Shown: positions 25,335 through 39,371, numbered from the stretch's first letter. The stretch is 64,000 nucleotides of DNA from Eledone cirrhosa (GCA_964016885.1 OZ024743.1:226920001-226984000); one strand, 5' to 3'. The notes: generated by a model from the sequence alone, not told the origin. Program-made: numbers and translations.

Positions 25335-28192
25335 TTTCTTTATTAACCACAAGGGTTTACATAAAGTAGACATTAAGGACAGTGCAGGACAATGCAGGAC
25401 GGTACAAATGGGCATTTCTGCGTGTAAAAAAACAAAAACAGAGGATGTAACAAAAATAACAATGAAAATAACAATGAAAAAAAAATTCCCCAATAGGGGG
25501 GAGACTTCGGAGGGACATTTGTGGAGAAAGCCCAGTAAAAAGCCACAATGACCCTGACCACCAAGGCAAGTGCCCTCTCCCAGTTTTCCACCTTTAGTTT
25601 ACAGATATATACTCAGAGTCGGCCCATTCACTCGGGCCATTCTTGCTTCTCTCACCCATCTTTCAACAAAATGCTGGGAAGAGAGCACTTCCTTCTCTAC
25701 TCTGATTTTCCTTTTCAAATGAAATTTGAAAAAGTCAATCAGAGCATCACCGAAGAGGTAAGTGCTCGTCTTCAGCCCTTTCAAACGTGTCCACCATACT
25801 ATCTCTTTCGCCATGGCCACCAGACAGATAAAAACTGCCTGCCCTTCCCGGCTAAAGGAGGAGGGCGGGGCAATCCTCACGATAGACTCAGATGATAGCT
25901 GGATCCGTCCTAAACGCGACAGCAGGTGTTCGACATAAACCCACAAGTCAGCAATTTTCGGACACTGGACGAGTGCGTGCAGGACGGTTTCGTCGCCCTG
26001 CGCGCATCTCGGACATGCCCGGCTGACGGCACCTCCATGCCTGTAGAGTTTATCCCGAACTGGCAAGGCTCCTCGGTAGCACTGCCAGGCCAGAGATTTC
26101 TGGAAGTTGTCCATAGGCCCTGGCCCGAAAGTTCTTCCGAAGAGATTGGCTAGTTGATTTTCGTCGACGCCTAGAGTTTCCCCAAGTACGTCGTCGCTCT
26201 TCCCCTCCACTAATCCTCTATAGAACGCCGAGGTGGAGTTTCCACCGATCACATTGCCCGATTGGTCGAGGCCTGTGAGCGCCTGAAGACATTCCAGTCT
26301 CCAGGCGCTCCCTCTCGGTCTTCGCTTGACCCAGGACTGCAGCTCCGTCAAGGAAACGAGCTGGGGAAAAACGCGTCTAGCAAACGGCGACCACACCTGA
26401 TCACCGTCGAGGAAGAGGTGGAGATGTCGTAGCCTGAGCGCGTGCCTGCGCATCATCAGCCACGGCATGCCCAGCCCTCCACGTAGCGGGTGTTGACAAC
26501 AGATGGACCGCCTGACCATCGGAGCACGTCCCTTCCACAAAAAGCGAAAGAGCAAACGCTCCAGCGCAGTCAGGCGAGGCTTAGGACAAGGTACGACGGT
26601 TAGGCGGTAGCAGATGACAGACGCGATGTACGCGTTAGCCACCTCCGCTCGACCTTTCAGGGATAGCTTCCTCTCCGCCCATTTCTGGGTGAGAGAAGCC
26701 ACCCTGCTCGTCACCTCGTCCCAGTTTTTGTCCGTCTGGAGGTCCGGACCGAACCAGACCCCTAGCAATTTAACCGGTCCGTCCGTCCAGCGCCCGACGA
26801 CGCTGTTGGACGGCATGGACCTGCCTCTCCAGGTGCCGAGCCGCAGGCCCACTGACTTTTCCTGGTTGATCATTGCTCCTGTCACCGCTTCGTATTCTCT
26901 TAGTGTAGTGCCGATCGCCTCGATGTGTTTGGCGTTCGACACCACTACGGTGACATCGTCCGCATATGCTGACACGGATCTTCCGCATCCTAGTTCGCGC
27001 GGGACTCCCCTCAACGTCTCCAGTTTGTGCAGTAATGGCTCGAGAGTCAATACGTACAAGAGGGACGAGAGGGGACATCCTTGGCGGACCGAGCGCATGA
27101 TGTTGAACGGTTCCGACAGGTGACCGTTCACTCTCACCACAGAGCAGATGTCGCTGTGCATGGCAGCGATCCAGCCTCTGAAGACGGGCCCAAAGCCAGC
27201 CGCCCTCAGGACTGCCGCTAGGTAACGATGGTCGACCCTATCGAAAGCTTTCGACTGATCTAAATTGATCAAGGACCCACCCGTGCCAGGTTCCCTAGCT
27301 ACCCTCTCTACGATGTATCGCATGAGGTGGAGGTTGTCGTGGATGGATCTGTCGGGAATGGCGCATGTCTGCGCCTCTCCCACCAGACCACCAACGACAA
27401 GCGCCAACCTCTTTGCTAGCACCTTGGCCAAAATCTTAAACTCTGTGTTTAGCAGAGTTATGGGCCGGAAATTGTCTATGTTATCCCCCTTGTTCGGATC
27501 CTTTCTCAGCAGTGCCACCGCTCCTCGGCTCACAGAACTGGGAATTCTCCCGTTCTGTTGCCAGTTGCAGTAGACGTCCGCCAAGAGGCCTCCGAACAAG
27601 TCTGGCATCTGTACGTAAAGTTCATAGGGCAGACCATCCAAACCAGGCGATTTACCCCTTGTGCAGCCAGTCATTGCCTCCCGTACTTCAGCGGCTGTTA
27701 TCGGCTTTTCGCAACACCTCGCCTCAGTGGCCGAGAGCCGCGGCAGTCCGTCGAGGTAGACACTAAAGTCCATCCCTCTACCCGGCCCCCCGCTGCCCCC
27801 GAACAGCTGAGCGAAGTGTCGCTGAAAAGCTTCACACATTTGCCCGGGATCGAGTAGCATGCGCCCGTCGTGGTCCACCAAAGACCGGATCGTGGCTTTG
27901 TTGCCACGACGCGCCTCCGCCACTCGGGCCCATTGAACGGCTTTCGTCCCCTCGTGTCTGAGAGCACGCACCCTAGCTCTGACAACGCAGCCTTCGTGCT
28001 TTGCATTGAAGAATTGGTCAAGGGCCAATTTCGCCGCAAGCACGTCGGTCGCAATGCCTTTGCTAAGCGCCTCGTCTAATTTTCTAACTAGTTCTCCCTC
28101 TGCTCTATTTTTCTCTATTGCTAAAGCCTTACTAAACCTAATCGATTCTATTCTAATCGCTCTTTTCAGAGCAAACCACCACTTGTTGTTGA
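25333..28192 (-). mobile_element. 5'-truncated copy of the same Tx1-type element (RT and 3'UTR, no APE domain)
   Basis: Near-identical to 19249-22105 with only scattered substitutions; truncated at NNKWWF and joined to (TAA)4. Confidence 0.93.
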
Positions 28193-28204
28193 TAATAATA
28201 ATAA

Positions 28205-31200
28205 TGAATACTGAGATAAATAATACCTGGAACAGAGATACGGTCACTGAGGAGATGAATGCTGACGGGCTAGGACAAGATTCGGTTGACATCCTAAATT
28301 TAGTGGTAGATGAGTTGAACAATGATAGTGGGAGACCTATGAACCTAAGATTTGTAGACAGGAAAAAGTTAAAAGAAACAACAGCTAAGGTAAACAAAGT
28401 CATCCCATACCTTGAGGCGAGGAGTCTTCACCAGTGCAACAATATCCTCAAAGCAACAGCAAATACGGTGAGGAAACTACTTGGTATAAAAGCGAGAGGA
28501 AACAACAGACAAGAAAGAGCAGAGCCGTGGTGGAAGAAGCGACTGAGTGGGCAAATCGGGGAAATGAGAAATGACATAGGAAAGCTTGAGTCACTACTGA
28601 ATGGGACACTAAAAAACATAGGCACTAAAAATAGACTGGAAATAAAATACAAAACTAGGAGTAAAAAGCTAAATATTATCATAGAGGAATTGAAGCAACG
28701 CATTGTAGCAAAGAGTGCCAAAATCAGGCGATACGAGAACAGAGTCAGTCAGTATAAACAGAACCGCATGTTCGACAACAACCAGAAGATGCTGTTTGGA
28801 CAGCTTGAGGGCAAAGAAAGAGGCAACGACTTGATCCCTGGGGCGGAACAAGCTAAAACATTCTGGAGAGGAATATGGGAGCAGGATGTTAGACACAATG
28901 CCCAGGCAGGGTGGATTGAGACAGTACAGAGGGAGATCGGTGAGCAGGCACAGCAACAGACTGATTTGAGTATCACAGTTGAAACTCTTAAGGGGCAAGC
29001 CAAAAAACTAACCAACTGGAAATATACCAGGCCCAGATGGTGTGCAGGGGTATTGGATTAAACATCTAACATCCCTCCACCCGAAGCTGACGGCCATGTT
29101 CAATGACTGCTTGGTGTCGGGTGAGGTGCCAGAGTGGTTGACAAAAGGTACCACAGTTCTGATAATGAAAGACCGAATCAAGGGTAATGATGCTACCAAC
29201 TATAGACCTATCACATGTCTGCCCGTAATGTGGAAACTGTTGACGAGCATTGTGTCTGAGGAAATCTACCATCACCTCCACACAAACAACTTGTTACCGG
29301 ACGAACAGAAAGGATGCCGAAAGAAGTCACGTGGTACAAAGGACCAGTTGCTTATTGATAAGATGGTAATGGGGAATTGCAGGAGGAGACACACTGATCT
29401 TGCCATGGGATGGATAGACTACAGAAAGGCATTTGACATGGTGCCTCATTCCTGGATCACCAAAAGCCTGGAGATCTTCAGGGTGGCAGATAACATCAGA
29501 CAGTTGCTAGGCAGGAGTATGGGGTCCTGGGAGACAGAGTTGACATCAACTGGAGTATCCTTGGGAAGCGTGAAGATCAAGAGAGGTATCTTCCAGGGAG
29601 ATAGCCTGTCCCCTCTGTTGTTTGTCCTTGCCCTGATGCCCTTGACCATTATGCTGCGAAAAGTGAGAGCAGGATACAAGTTGGGAAGGGGAGAGCTTAC
29701 CATCAATCACCTCCTCTTCATGGACGATCTTAAGCTCTTCGGGAAAAGTGAGAAGGAGTTGGATGTGCTTGTTGACACTGTCCGTATTTTCAGCAGTGAT
29801 ATATGTATGCAGTTTGGTATTGGTAAATGTGGAGTCATTGTGATGAAGAGGGGTAGGTTGAGCAGAAGTAACGGGATCCAGATACCAACAGGTGAGATGA
29901 TAAAGGAAATTGACTCTGAGGAAGGATACAAGTATTTGGGCGTTCTGGAGGCTGATGGCATAAAGAACAAAAAAATGAAGGAATTGTTAAGAACTGAATA
30001 CATTCGGAGAGTAAGGAGCGTATTGAAGTCACATCTGAACAGCAGAAATGCCATAAGCGCAGTAAATTCCCGAGCTGTGTCTATTATTAGGTACAGTGCG
30101 GGAATTCTGAGATGGAATGTTGCTGAACAAAATGAAATGGATAGGAAGACTAGGAAGCTATTGACTATCTACAACATGTTCCACAAGAGGAGTGATGTCG
30201 ATAGACTCTACCTAAGGAGTCTGAGGGTGGACGAGGTCTTATCAGCATAGAGGACTGTGTTCAGATGGGGAAAAACAACCTATACAAATACGTGACCTAT
30301 AGTAAGGAGCCAATGCTCAGAGCTGTACTGAAGGAGGGGACAGTAGGCCAGGGGATACCCAAGGAGGAAATAACATCAAGGAGGAAGAGCAGCCTTAAGG
30401 GAAAATCCCTTCATAGTACCTTCTTTGAGAAAACTGAATTTAGAGATCCACAGACATGGAACTGGTTGAGAAGAGGAGACCTCAAAAAGGCTACAGAAGG
30501 AATGCTAATGGCTGCGCAGGAGCAGGCCCTCAAAACGAAGTGGTTGAAGCACCATATCTACAAGGAGGAGGCTAGCCCACTGTGCAGGATCTGTGGAGAG
30601 AGAGAGGAGACTGTGGCTCACATTGTGTCCGAGTGTAAACACCTAGCCCAGACCCACTATAAGGGCTGGAGACACGATGTGATGGGCAGGGTGATCCACT
30701 GGCACCTGTGCAAAGTAAACAATCTACCACATTCTGAGAAGTGGTATGAGCATAGGCCAGAGGCGGTGATGGAGAACAATCAGGTGAAGGTGCTGTGGGA
30801 TTTTAGGATACAGACGGACAAAAAACTGGAACACAATAGACCTGACCTGGTGGTTGTGGACAAAGAAAAAAGATCGTGCCTGATTGTGGATGTGGCCTGC
30901 CCGTTCGACACGAGAGTGCAAGAGAAGGAGAGGGAGAAAATTAACCGATACCAGGACCTAAAGTGGGAGGTGAAAAGGATTTGGAACTGCCATGAAGTCA
31001 AAGTGATCCCGATTGTCATAGGCGCACTGGGGACTATCTCCAAAGGTTTCCAGGGATGGTTAAAGAAAATCGGCCCCTTCACGCTTTTTGGAACGCTTCA
31101 AAAGGCATGCTTGCTTGGAACGGCAAGAACCCTCCGATACGTCCTGAATATCTGAGGCTGCAGGTAGTGGCTTGATATTCAATCCAACGGACTTTCCAGT

Positions 31201-31229
31201 TAACCAACATCAATGACTGAGATTCAAGG
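28205..31229 (+). mobile_element. R4/Dong-type element, 5'-truncated, two frameshifts
   Basis: ORFs 28204-29061, 29042-30250 and 30265-31155; FMDD, CCHC, RHD, NRPDLVV, DVACP; +1 shift near 29025 and -1 shift near 30220 relative to the next copy; (AAT)n tail. Confidence 0.92.
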
Positions 31230-31241
31230 AATAACAATAAC

Positions 31242-31274
<33 letters not shown>

Positions 31275-31275
<1 letters not shown>

Positions 31276-34200
31276 TGGCTCAGCAGCAGGAACCTGACTG
31301 TCAACCAAATACTGCTGATGTTGGAGGAAGGAGAAGAAGGAAAGGGGCCAGAACCAACTGGACGAAAGAATTGAATAGAACTGTTATGCAATGCTACCTG
31401 AAAAGTAACCCCAAGGAGAGGGGCTACAGGAGACGGATGCATAACATCTGGAACGAGATTGGTTTATTTAAATTAGATGAACAAAAATTGGCCGGGCAGG
31501 CTCGGGTAATAAAAACTAATGGGTGGATAAGCGAGCTGGAACTGGAGGAACTGAGCAGAGAGAATGGCTTGGAGATGGCGGGTGTAGTATGCCAGACAGG
31601 CGAGCCGGTGGGAAATGAAGGTGAGGAGGTCCTGAGAACGGAGGAACCACCCGAAGCAGACAATGATCTGAGTACTGAGATAAATAATACCTGGAACAGA
31701 GATACGGCCACTGAGGAGATGAATGCTGACGGGCTAGGACAAGATTCGGTTGACATCCTAAATTTAGTGGTAGATGAATTGAACAATGATAGTGGGAGAC
31801 CTATGAACCTAAGATTTGTAGACAGGAAAAAGTTAAAAGAAACAACAGCTAAGGTAAACAAAGTCATCCCATACCTTGAGGCGAGGAGCCTTCACCAGTG
31901 CAACAATATCCTCAGAGCAACAGCAAATACGGTGAGGAAACTACTTGGTATAAAAGCGAGAGGAAACAACAGACAAGAAAGAGCAGAGCCGTGGTGGAAG
32001 AAGCGACTGAGTGGGCAAATCGGGGAAATGAGAAATGACATAGGAAAGCTTGAGTCACTACTGAATGGGACACTAAAAAACATAGGCACTAAAAATAGAC
32101 TGGAAATAAAATACAAAACTAGGAGTAAAAGGCTAAATATTATCATAGAGGAATTGAAGCAACGCATTGTAGCAAAGAGTGCCAAAATCAGGCGATACGA
32201 GAACAGAGTCAGTCAGTATAAACAGAACCGCATGTTCGACAACAACCAGAAGATGCTGTTTGGACAGCTTGAGGGCAAAGAAAGAGGCAACGACTTGATC
32301 CCTGGGGCGGAACAAGCTAAAACATTCTGGAGAGGAATATGGGAGCAGGATGTTAGACACAATGCCCAGGCAGGGTGGATTGAGACAGTACAGAGGGAGA
32401 TCGGTGAGCAGGCACAGCAACAGACTGATTTGAGTATCACAGTTGAAACTCTTAAGGGGCAAGCCAAAAAACTAACCAACTGGAAATCACCAGGCCCAGA
32501 TGGTGTGCAGGGGTATTGGATTAAACATCTAACATCCCTCCACCCGAAGCTGACGGCCATGTTCAATGACTGCTTGGTGTCGGGTGAGGTGCCAGAGTGG
32601 TTGACAAAAGGTACCACAGTTCTGATAATGAAAGACCGAATCAAGGGTAATGATGCTACCAACTATAGACCTATCACATGTCTGCCCGTAATGTGGAAAC
32701 TGTTGACGAGCATTGTGTCTGAGGAAATCTACCATCACCTCCACACAAACAACTTGTTACCGGACGAACAGAAAGGATGCCGAAAGAAGTCACGTGGTAC
32801 AAAGGACCAGTTGCTTATTGATAAGATGGTAATGGGGAATTGCAGGAGGAGACACACTGATCTTGCCATGGGATGGATAGACTACAGAAAGGCATTTGAC
32901 ATGGTGCCTCATTCCTGGATCACCAAAAGCCTGGAGATCTTCAGGGTGGCAGATAACATCAGACAGTTGCTAGGCAGGAGTATGGGGTCCTGGGAGACAG
33001 AGTTGACATCAACTGGAGTATCCTTGGGAAGCGTGAAGATCAAGAGAGGTATCTTCCAGGGAGATAGCCTGTCCCCTCTGTTGTTTGTCCTTGCCCTGAT
33101 GCCCTTGACCATTATGCTGCGAAAAGTGAGAGCAGGATACAAGTTGGGAAGGGGAGAGCTTACCATCAATCACCTCCTCTTCATGGACGATCTTAAGCTC
33201 TTCGGGAAAAGTGAGAAGGAGTTGGATGTGCTTGTTGACACTGTCCGTATTTTCAGCAGTGATATATGTATGCAGTTTGGTATTGGTAAATGTGGAGTCA
33301 TTGTGATGAAGAGGGGTAGGTTGAGCAGAAGTAACGGGATCCAGATACCAACAGGTGAGATGATAAAGGAAATTGACTCTGAGGAAGGATACAAGTATTT
33401 GGGCGTTCTGGAGGCTGATGGCATAAAGAACAAAAAAATGAAGGAATTGTTAAGAACTGAATACATTCGGAGAGTAAGGAGCGTATTGAAGTCACATCTG
33501 AACAGCAGAAATGCCATAAGCGCAGTAAATTCCCGAGCTGTGTCTATTATTAGGTACAGTGCGGGAATTCTGAGATGGAATGTTGCTGAACAGAAAGAAA
33601 TGGATAGGAAGACTAGGAAGCTATTGACTATCTACAACATGTTCCACAAGAGGAGTGATGTCGATAGACTCTACCTAAGGAGATCTGAGGGTGGAAGAGG
33701 TCTTATCAGCACAGAGGACTGTGTTCAGATGGAGAGAAAAACAACCTATACAAATACGTGACCTATAGTAAGGAGCCAATGCTCAGAGCTGTACTGAAGG
33801 AGGGGACAGTAGGCCAGGGGATGTCCAGGGAGGAAATAACATCAAGGAGGAAGAGCAGCCTTAAGGGAAAACCCCTTCATAGTACCTTCTTTGAGAAAAC
33901 TGAATTTAGAGATCCACAGACATGGAACTGGTTGAGAAGAGGAGACCTCAAAAAGGCTACAGAAGGAATGCTAATGGCTGCGCAGGAGCAGGCCCTCAAA
34001 ACGAGGTGGTTGAAGCATCATATCTACAAGGAGGAGGCCAGCCCACTGTGCAGGATCTGTGGAGAGAGAGAGGAGACTGTGGCTCACATTGTGTCCGAGT
34101 GTAAACACCTAGCCCAGACCCACTATAAGGGCTGGAGACACGATGTGATGGGCAGGGTGATCCACTGGCACCTGTGCAAAGTAAACAATCTACCACATTC

Positions 34201-34695
34201 TGAGAAATGGTATGAGCATAAGCCAGAGGTGGTGATAGAGAACGATCAGGTGAAGGTGCTGTGGTATTTTAGGATACAGACGGACAAAAAACTGGAACAC
34301 AATAGACCTGACCTGGTGGTTGTTGACAAAGAAAAAAGATCGTGCCTGATTGTGGATGTGGCCTGCCCGTTCGACACGAGAGTGCAAGAGAAGGAGAGGG
34401 AGAAAATTAACCGATACCTGGACCTAAAGTGGGAGGTGAAAAGGATTTGGAACTGCCATGAAGTCAAAGTGATCCCGATTGTCATAGGCGCACTGGGGAC
34501 TATCTCCAAAAGTTTCCAGGGATGGTTAAAGGAAATCGGCCCCTTCACGCTTTTTGGAACGCTTCAAAAGGCATGCTTGCTTGGAACAGCAAGAACCCTC
34601 CGATACGTCCTGAATATCTGAGGCTGCAGGTAGTGGCTTGATATTCAATCCAACGGACTTTCCAGTTAACCAACATCAATGACTGAGATTCAAGG
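31275..34695 (+). mobile_element. Near full-length R4/Dong-type element, single ORF with one frameshift near 33735
   Basis: ORFs 31275-33761 and 33758-34621; N-terminal WTKELN..CY..RGYRRRM..W..EQKLAGQAR, RT (KSPGPDG, FMDD), CCHC, RHD, PD-D endonuclease; (AAT)n on both sides. Confidence 0.92.
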
Positions 34696-34707
34696 AATAA
34701 CAATAAC

Positions 34708-34749
<42 letters not shown>

Positions 34750-35107
34750 CAGACAGAAATGGTAGACACAAGGCAATATAATTTAACGTGATGTACCATT
34801 AAATAGGCAATAAATACCTGATCACATGTCAATCGATCAAAACAATAAAAACATTGAAATAGAGACAGAGCAAAGACAAAGGAAGAATATAAAAAAGATA
34901 ACTTCACACATTTAGATAATGTATATTTGGTGCTGTCATCCCACCTTTAGTTGAAACGTAACGAACTGTTTTGTTCAGTTTTATCTCCCTGACTTCAAAA
35001 CATTGTCATTACTAATCGGCTAAGACAAGAGTTATACCTATTTATCCCTCACTAAACATTCGGTTATCAACTCTATTAGACGATGAATGAATGTGCATCA
35101 TTGGCGA

Positions 35108-35142
<35 letters not shown>

Positions 35143-35271
35143 ATGTATTAGGTATATCTGTGTATTTGTGTGTATGTGTATGTACATTGTGTGTTTGCGA
35201 GAATTTATATATACATATATGTATATATATATATATAAGTATACACACACATAAACACCCATACACACAAT

Positions 35272-35307
<36 letters not shown>

Positions 35308-36351
35308 GTATATATTATATAACTTATCCCCTTTCTGTCTATCTTTCAATCATACTTTCGCAAATGTTTTCCGTCTCTTAAATGAAAGCTGTGTTTATGT
35401 TAAACTAGTTGTTTGATGTCAGAGCTGACAAGTCTATCAATGTATACTGTGTTTATTTGTTTAGCGTGTTTATTCTGTTTGTCTACTCAGTTAGTTTGTT
35501 TGCTTGATTGTTTGTTATTTGCATTTATCATTTATTGATGAGAAATAAGACATCTATTGAGATTATCACTCTGTGACACGAAAGAGAGAGAACTGTAACG
35601 ACTAACTCTCGTCGTGTATTATTAATGTTACCCTCAAATAGAAGGAACGAAATCTAAATGATCTGTAAACCTCTCTTAATTCTGTTTTGTTGTTCTGTAT
35701 TGTTTTTTCTTATTGCTCTGGAGCCCCCGGTCAAACCTGATGGAACAGACATATTACCAAAGGGATTCTATTCTGTACAATACCTGTCGTTTCTCATGTG
35801 ACGGAAAGATAGAGCCCCGTAATCAGACTAGTCTGCAAGTTCCATCATATGTCTTCAAATGCAAGATTGATTTTTGGTAAATAAAAATGATAGTAACGAC
35901 TAATTTTATTGGATAGCGTAGGTTTAGTTGTCAGACAATCAAAAGATGTAGTGGTCACGTGTGAAAAAATCTAAAAAATGGTAATCAGGCCTGGAACGAA
36001 ATAACCATACACGTGATAAATCATGCCAGGGATGTGTTGGGGCTAAATAGCGACTGAAGAATTAATGGAAATGTTCAGTGGATAATGCACGTTTAGATAC
36101 AATATGTATGAGACAGAAAATGGGATGTTCAATGCTACATAGCTTTTGTTCATACTTCTTACCGATGTTGTTTCTTGAATGGCTAATCAACAACAACAAC
36201 AGCAACAACAACATATGTGTGGCATAATTTGGGGGTCAGATTAATGTTATATTTGTTTAGGTGTGTGCGATTACTCGTTTTAGTTATGGCTATAACTGTT
36301 TTATGTTTCAATCTCATTTTTAATGCGTTATAACGTAATTTAAAGGGATAA

Positions 36352-36826
36352 TCTATATTACCAAAACAGAGAATGTCTGTTTGTCTGTCTGTCTGTACAA
36401 TCACTGAAACTCGAGAACCACCCAACCGATTGTTTTCAAAATTTACACATGTAATACTTATGGTCCTATTGAGTGTTCTAAGCAAACATTTCAAATTTGC
36501 AATGCCCTACTAACCGCATTAGGCGATTTAGCGATCTTTTTCTCTCCCTCTTAGTCTTTCTCTTTTTAGAAAGATACATAGATATTACGTTGCGCCCTTA
36601 TAATATCTGTCTGTATGACTGGCTGTCTGCATTACGTCATTATGACGTTATGTGTGTGTGTGTGTGTGTGTGTGTGAATATATATATATAGTGTGTGTAT
36701 ATATATATAATGTGTGCAACGTCTTTCGAAATATTTACTTCTGCATTCACAGATTTGTTATTTTAGTTTCAGAAAATCCCGTTAAGGGCGAAAGCAGCGA
36801 TGCTTGGCTTAAACTTTAATCTGTTA

Positions 36827-36897
<71 letters not shown>

Positions 36898-37797
36898 TAT
36901 AAAATATGTCCTGAGATTCATTTGATCAGATATATACTCAATTTCCTCTCCCAATTAGCATAATCAACCACACAAAAAAACAATTAAACCAGGCTATAAT
37001 ATTAAAAGGCACCTGTGAATAAATATTAGATAAATAAACGATAGCCGTCTATTCGCTATCAACAGCTATAGAATATTTACCCAGCATTTCAATAGCACGT
37101 GGAAATCGATTAAATATATCGTCAACCATATACAATTAGGTATAAAATTAAAGTTAGGCGAAAAAATGCATATACACATACCAGGATTACGTTTCTACCC
37201 TTTAGGGTTTCGTTCGCTTTCGGAAATATCCTATCAAGGTTGAGATGCAATTTAGGCAATATTAGGCTGTACTTTCTAGCAACCAGCCTACTAGCCGTAA
37301 GGTATCAATCACATTCTTTCTGACTTGACCACTGCCACGTCACAGTTCGAAGCTCGAGAATTTATCCTTGATAGGATATTTCCGAAAGCGAACGAATCCC
37401 TAAAGATAATCCTGGTATGTGTATATGCATTTTTTCTTCTAACTTTAATTTTATACCTAATTGTGTATGGTTGACGATATATTTAATCGATTTCCACGTG
37501 CTATTGAAATGCAGGGTAAATATTCTATAGCTGTTGATAGCGAATAGACGGCTATCGTTTATTTATCTATTATTTCTTCACAGGTGCCTTTTCATCTTAT
37601 AGCCTGGTTTAATAGTTTTTTGTGTGGTTGATTATGCTAATTGGGAGAGGAAATTGAGTATATATCTGATCAAATGATTCTAAGGACATAATTTATAGTA
37701 TGTTGCTCTGATTATTTAATTTATTAATTCATCATTGAGCCACATCGTGAATGGTTGCCAAAAACATATCTATGACTTTGTCTAGTTTGTGTATATG

Positions 37798-37882
<85 letters not shown>

Positions 37883-38177
37883 ATATATAATTATATATTC
37901 GTGTACAGATATTTTTGCATACACATATAAACAAAAGTATTTATTTCGCGATAAAGTATTGATTTTCTTCGAACGGAAAAAAACCCTGGTAATGTACGAC
38001 GAACTTTTTTTATAAGCACAAAATGTAGACACCAACCCGAGGCCGAGATATTCCGTACTTCTCTCTACTGCTATTTATATATTCGTGTACATATATTTTT
38101 GCATACAAGAATGAATATATATAAAATATATAAGAACCCTAGAGCAAATACCGAGCAACGCCGGGCCATTCTGCTAG
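36352..38177 (+). mobile_element. Non-autonomous Helitron
   Basis: A|TCTATATTACCAAAA start followed by (GTCT)n; 3' end CCGAGCAACGCCGGG hairpin, spacer, CTAG|T; A-T target dinucleotide. Confidence 0.7.
36895..37800. mobile_element. Fold-back element nested in (TA)n inside the Helitron, likely Penelope-type
   Basis: ~340-bp inverted arms 36895-37238 and 37366-37700, ~125-nt spacer, extra ~100-nt tail on the right; CCTTGATA-GGA.TATT.TCC-GAAA at the inner arm ends is only loosely hammerhead-like. Confidence 0.6.
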
Positions 38178-38811
38178 TTTTCTGTTACTTTTAAGGGTTC
38201 TAATGATCTTATATCGCAAATGTATAGATTCCCACGTTAACTGTGATGAAGGGGTTCCACTATTCACTGAATTGAAATTGAAACCTCTGTTCACCCGAAC
38301 CATAGAGAAATGATACGGCATTCACAAAAACACAAATATCTTAAATTGCAAAATAAGAGAACACGAACTTTTGTAATTAATTTAAATGTTTCACATTTAG
38401 AATATTCGTCGAATGTTCTGGGAAATTATTAGTTATTTTCTTTAACGGTTCTAGTAGTTATTATGATAGTTATTTATTTCATAACTGACTAAGAATAATA
38501 ATGTTGGTGGTGACACATGAATAAAGTTAGTACTATTTTGGGTTATTAGTATTCGTACGTTCTTGTTTTATATAATTATTTATTTGTGTCCTTTTGTAAT
38601 TATCGTCTTATATTCTCAGTAAGCTTTATTATAAATTGTTAGAAGGAAATTTCTGTTGAAATTATATTCCTGTGAAATGGCAGCCATATTTGATATAACA
38701 AATACAAATATAAATAAACTGTGCAAATGTGATAAAATGAAATAGTGTTTTTCCCCAACTCTATCTTTCGTTTAAAGGAACGAATGTTTTTTATCTTTTT
38801 ATATTAATATT

Positions 38812-38899
<88 letters not shown>

Positions 38900-38902
38900 A
38901 GC

Positions 38903-38951
<49 letters not shown>

Positions 38952-39315
38952 TACAGTGTGTGTGTGTGTGTGTGTGCATACTTATTGAGAGTCGTTTATA
39001 TTTGACAGATGTAATTTGTGTTAAAGGAAGTTTCCGAAAAGATAAAAATGAAATAAAATGGCGAAAAACACAAAAGTTCGATAACGGAAAATTCAAAGAA
39101 GTTTATTTATTATTCTTTTTTTTTTTTAATTAGAAACGTATGAGATCATTTGATATGGAAATGTGCAAAATATTATTGATATGGAGCTAAAGACAAAAAT
39201 ATTTCTTAACTTTTAATGTTTTTCTTATTCTCCTTATATTCTGACGTGACGTTGGCAAAAGATATCCGATATAAAACATGTACATAAACACGTGTATATA
39301 TACATGCCGACACAA

Positions 39316-39371
<56 letters not shown>

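Noticed and set aside
25599-28403. 934-aa ORF as a novel protein with a unique N-terminus
   Set aside because: The first ~70 aa are antisense Dong sequence plus (ATT)n read through into the truncated Tx1 ORF2, a junction artefact. ORF 28006-29061 is the reciprocal artefact.
28205-34695. Tandem Dong copies as an assembly duplication
   Set aside because: The copies have different truncation points, different frameshifts and scattered substitutions, which favours separate insertions. Single-base frameshifts could still be consensus errors.
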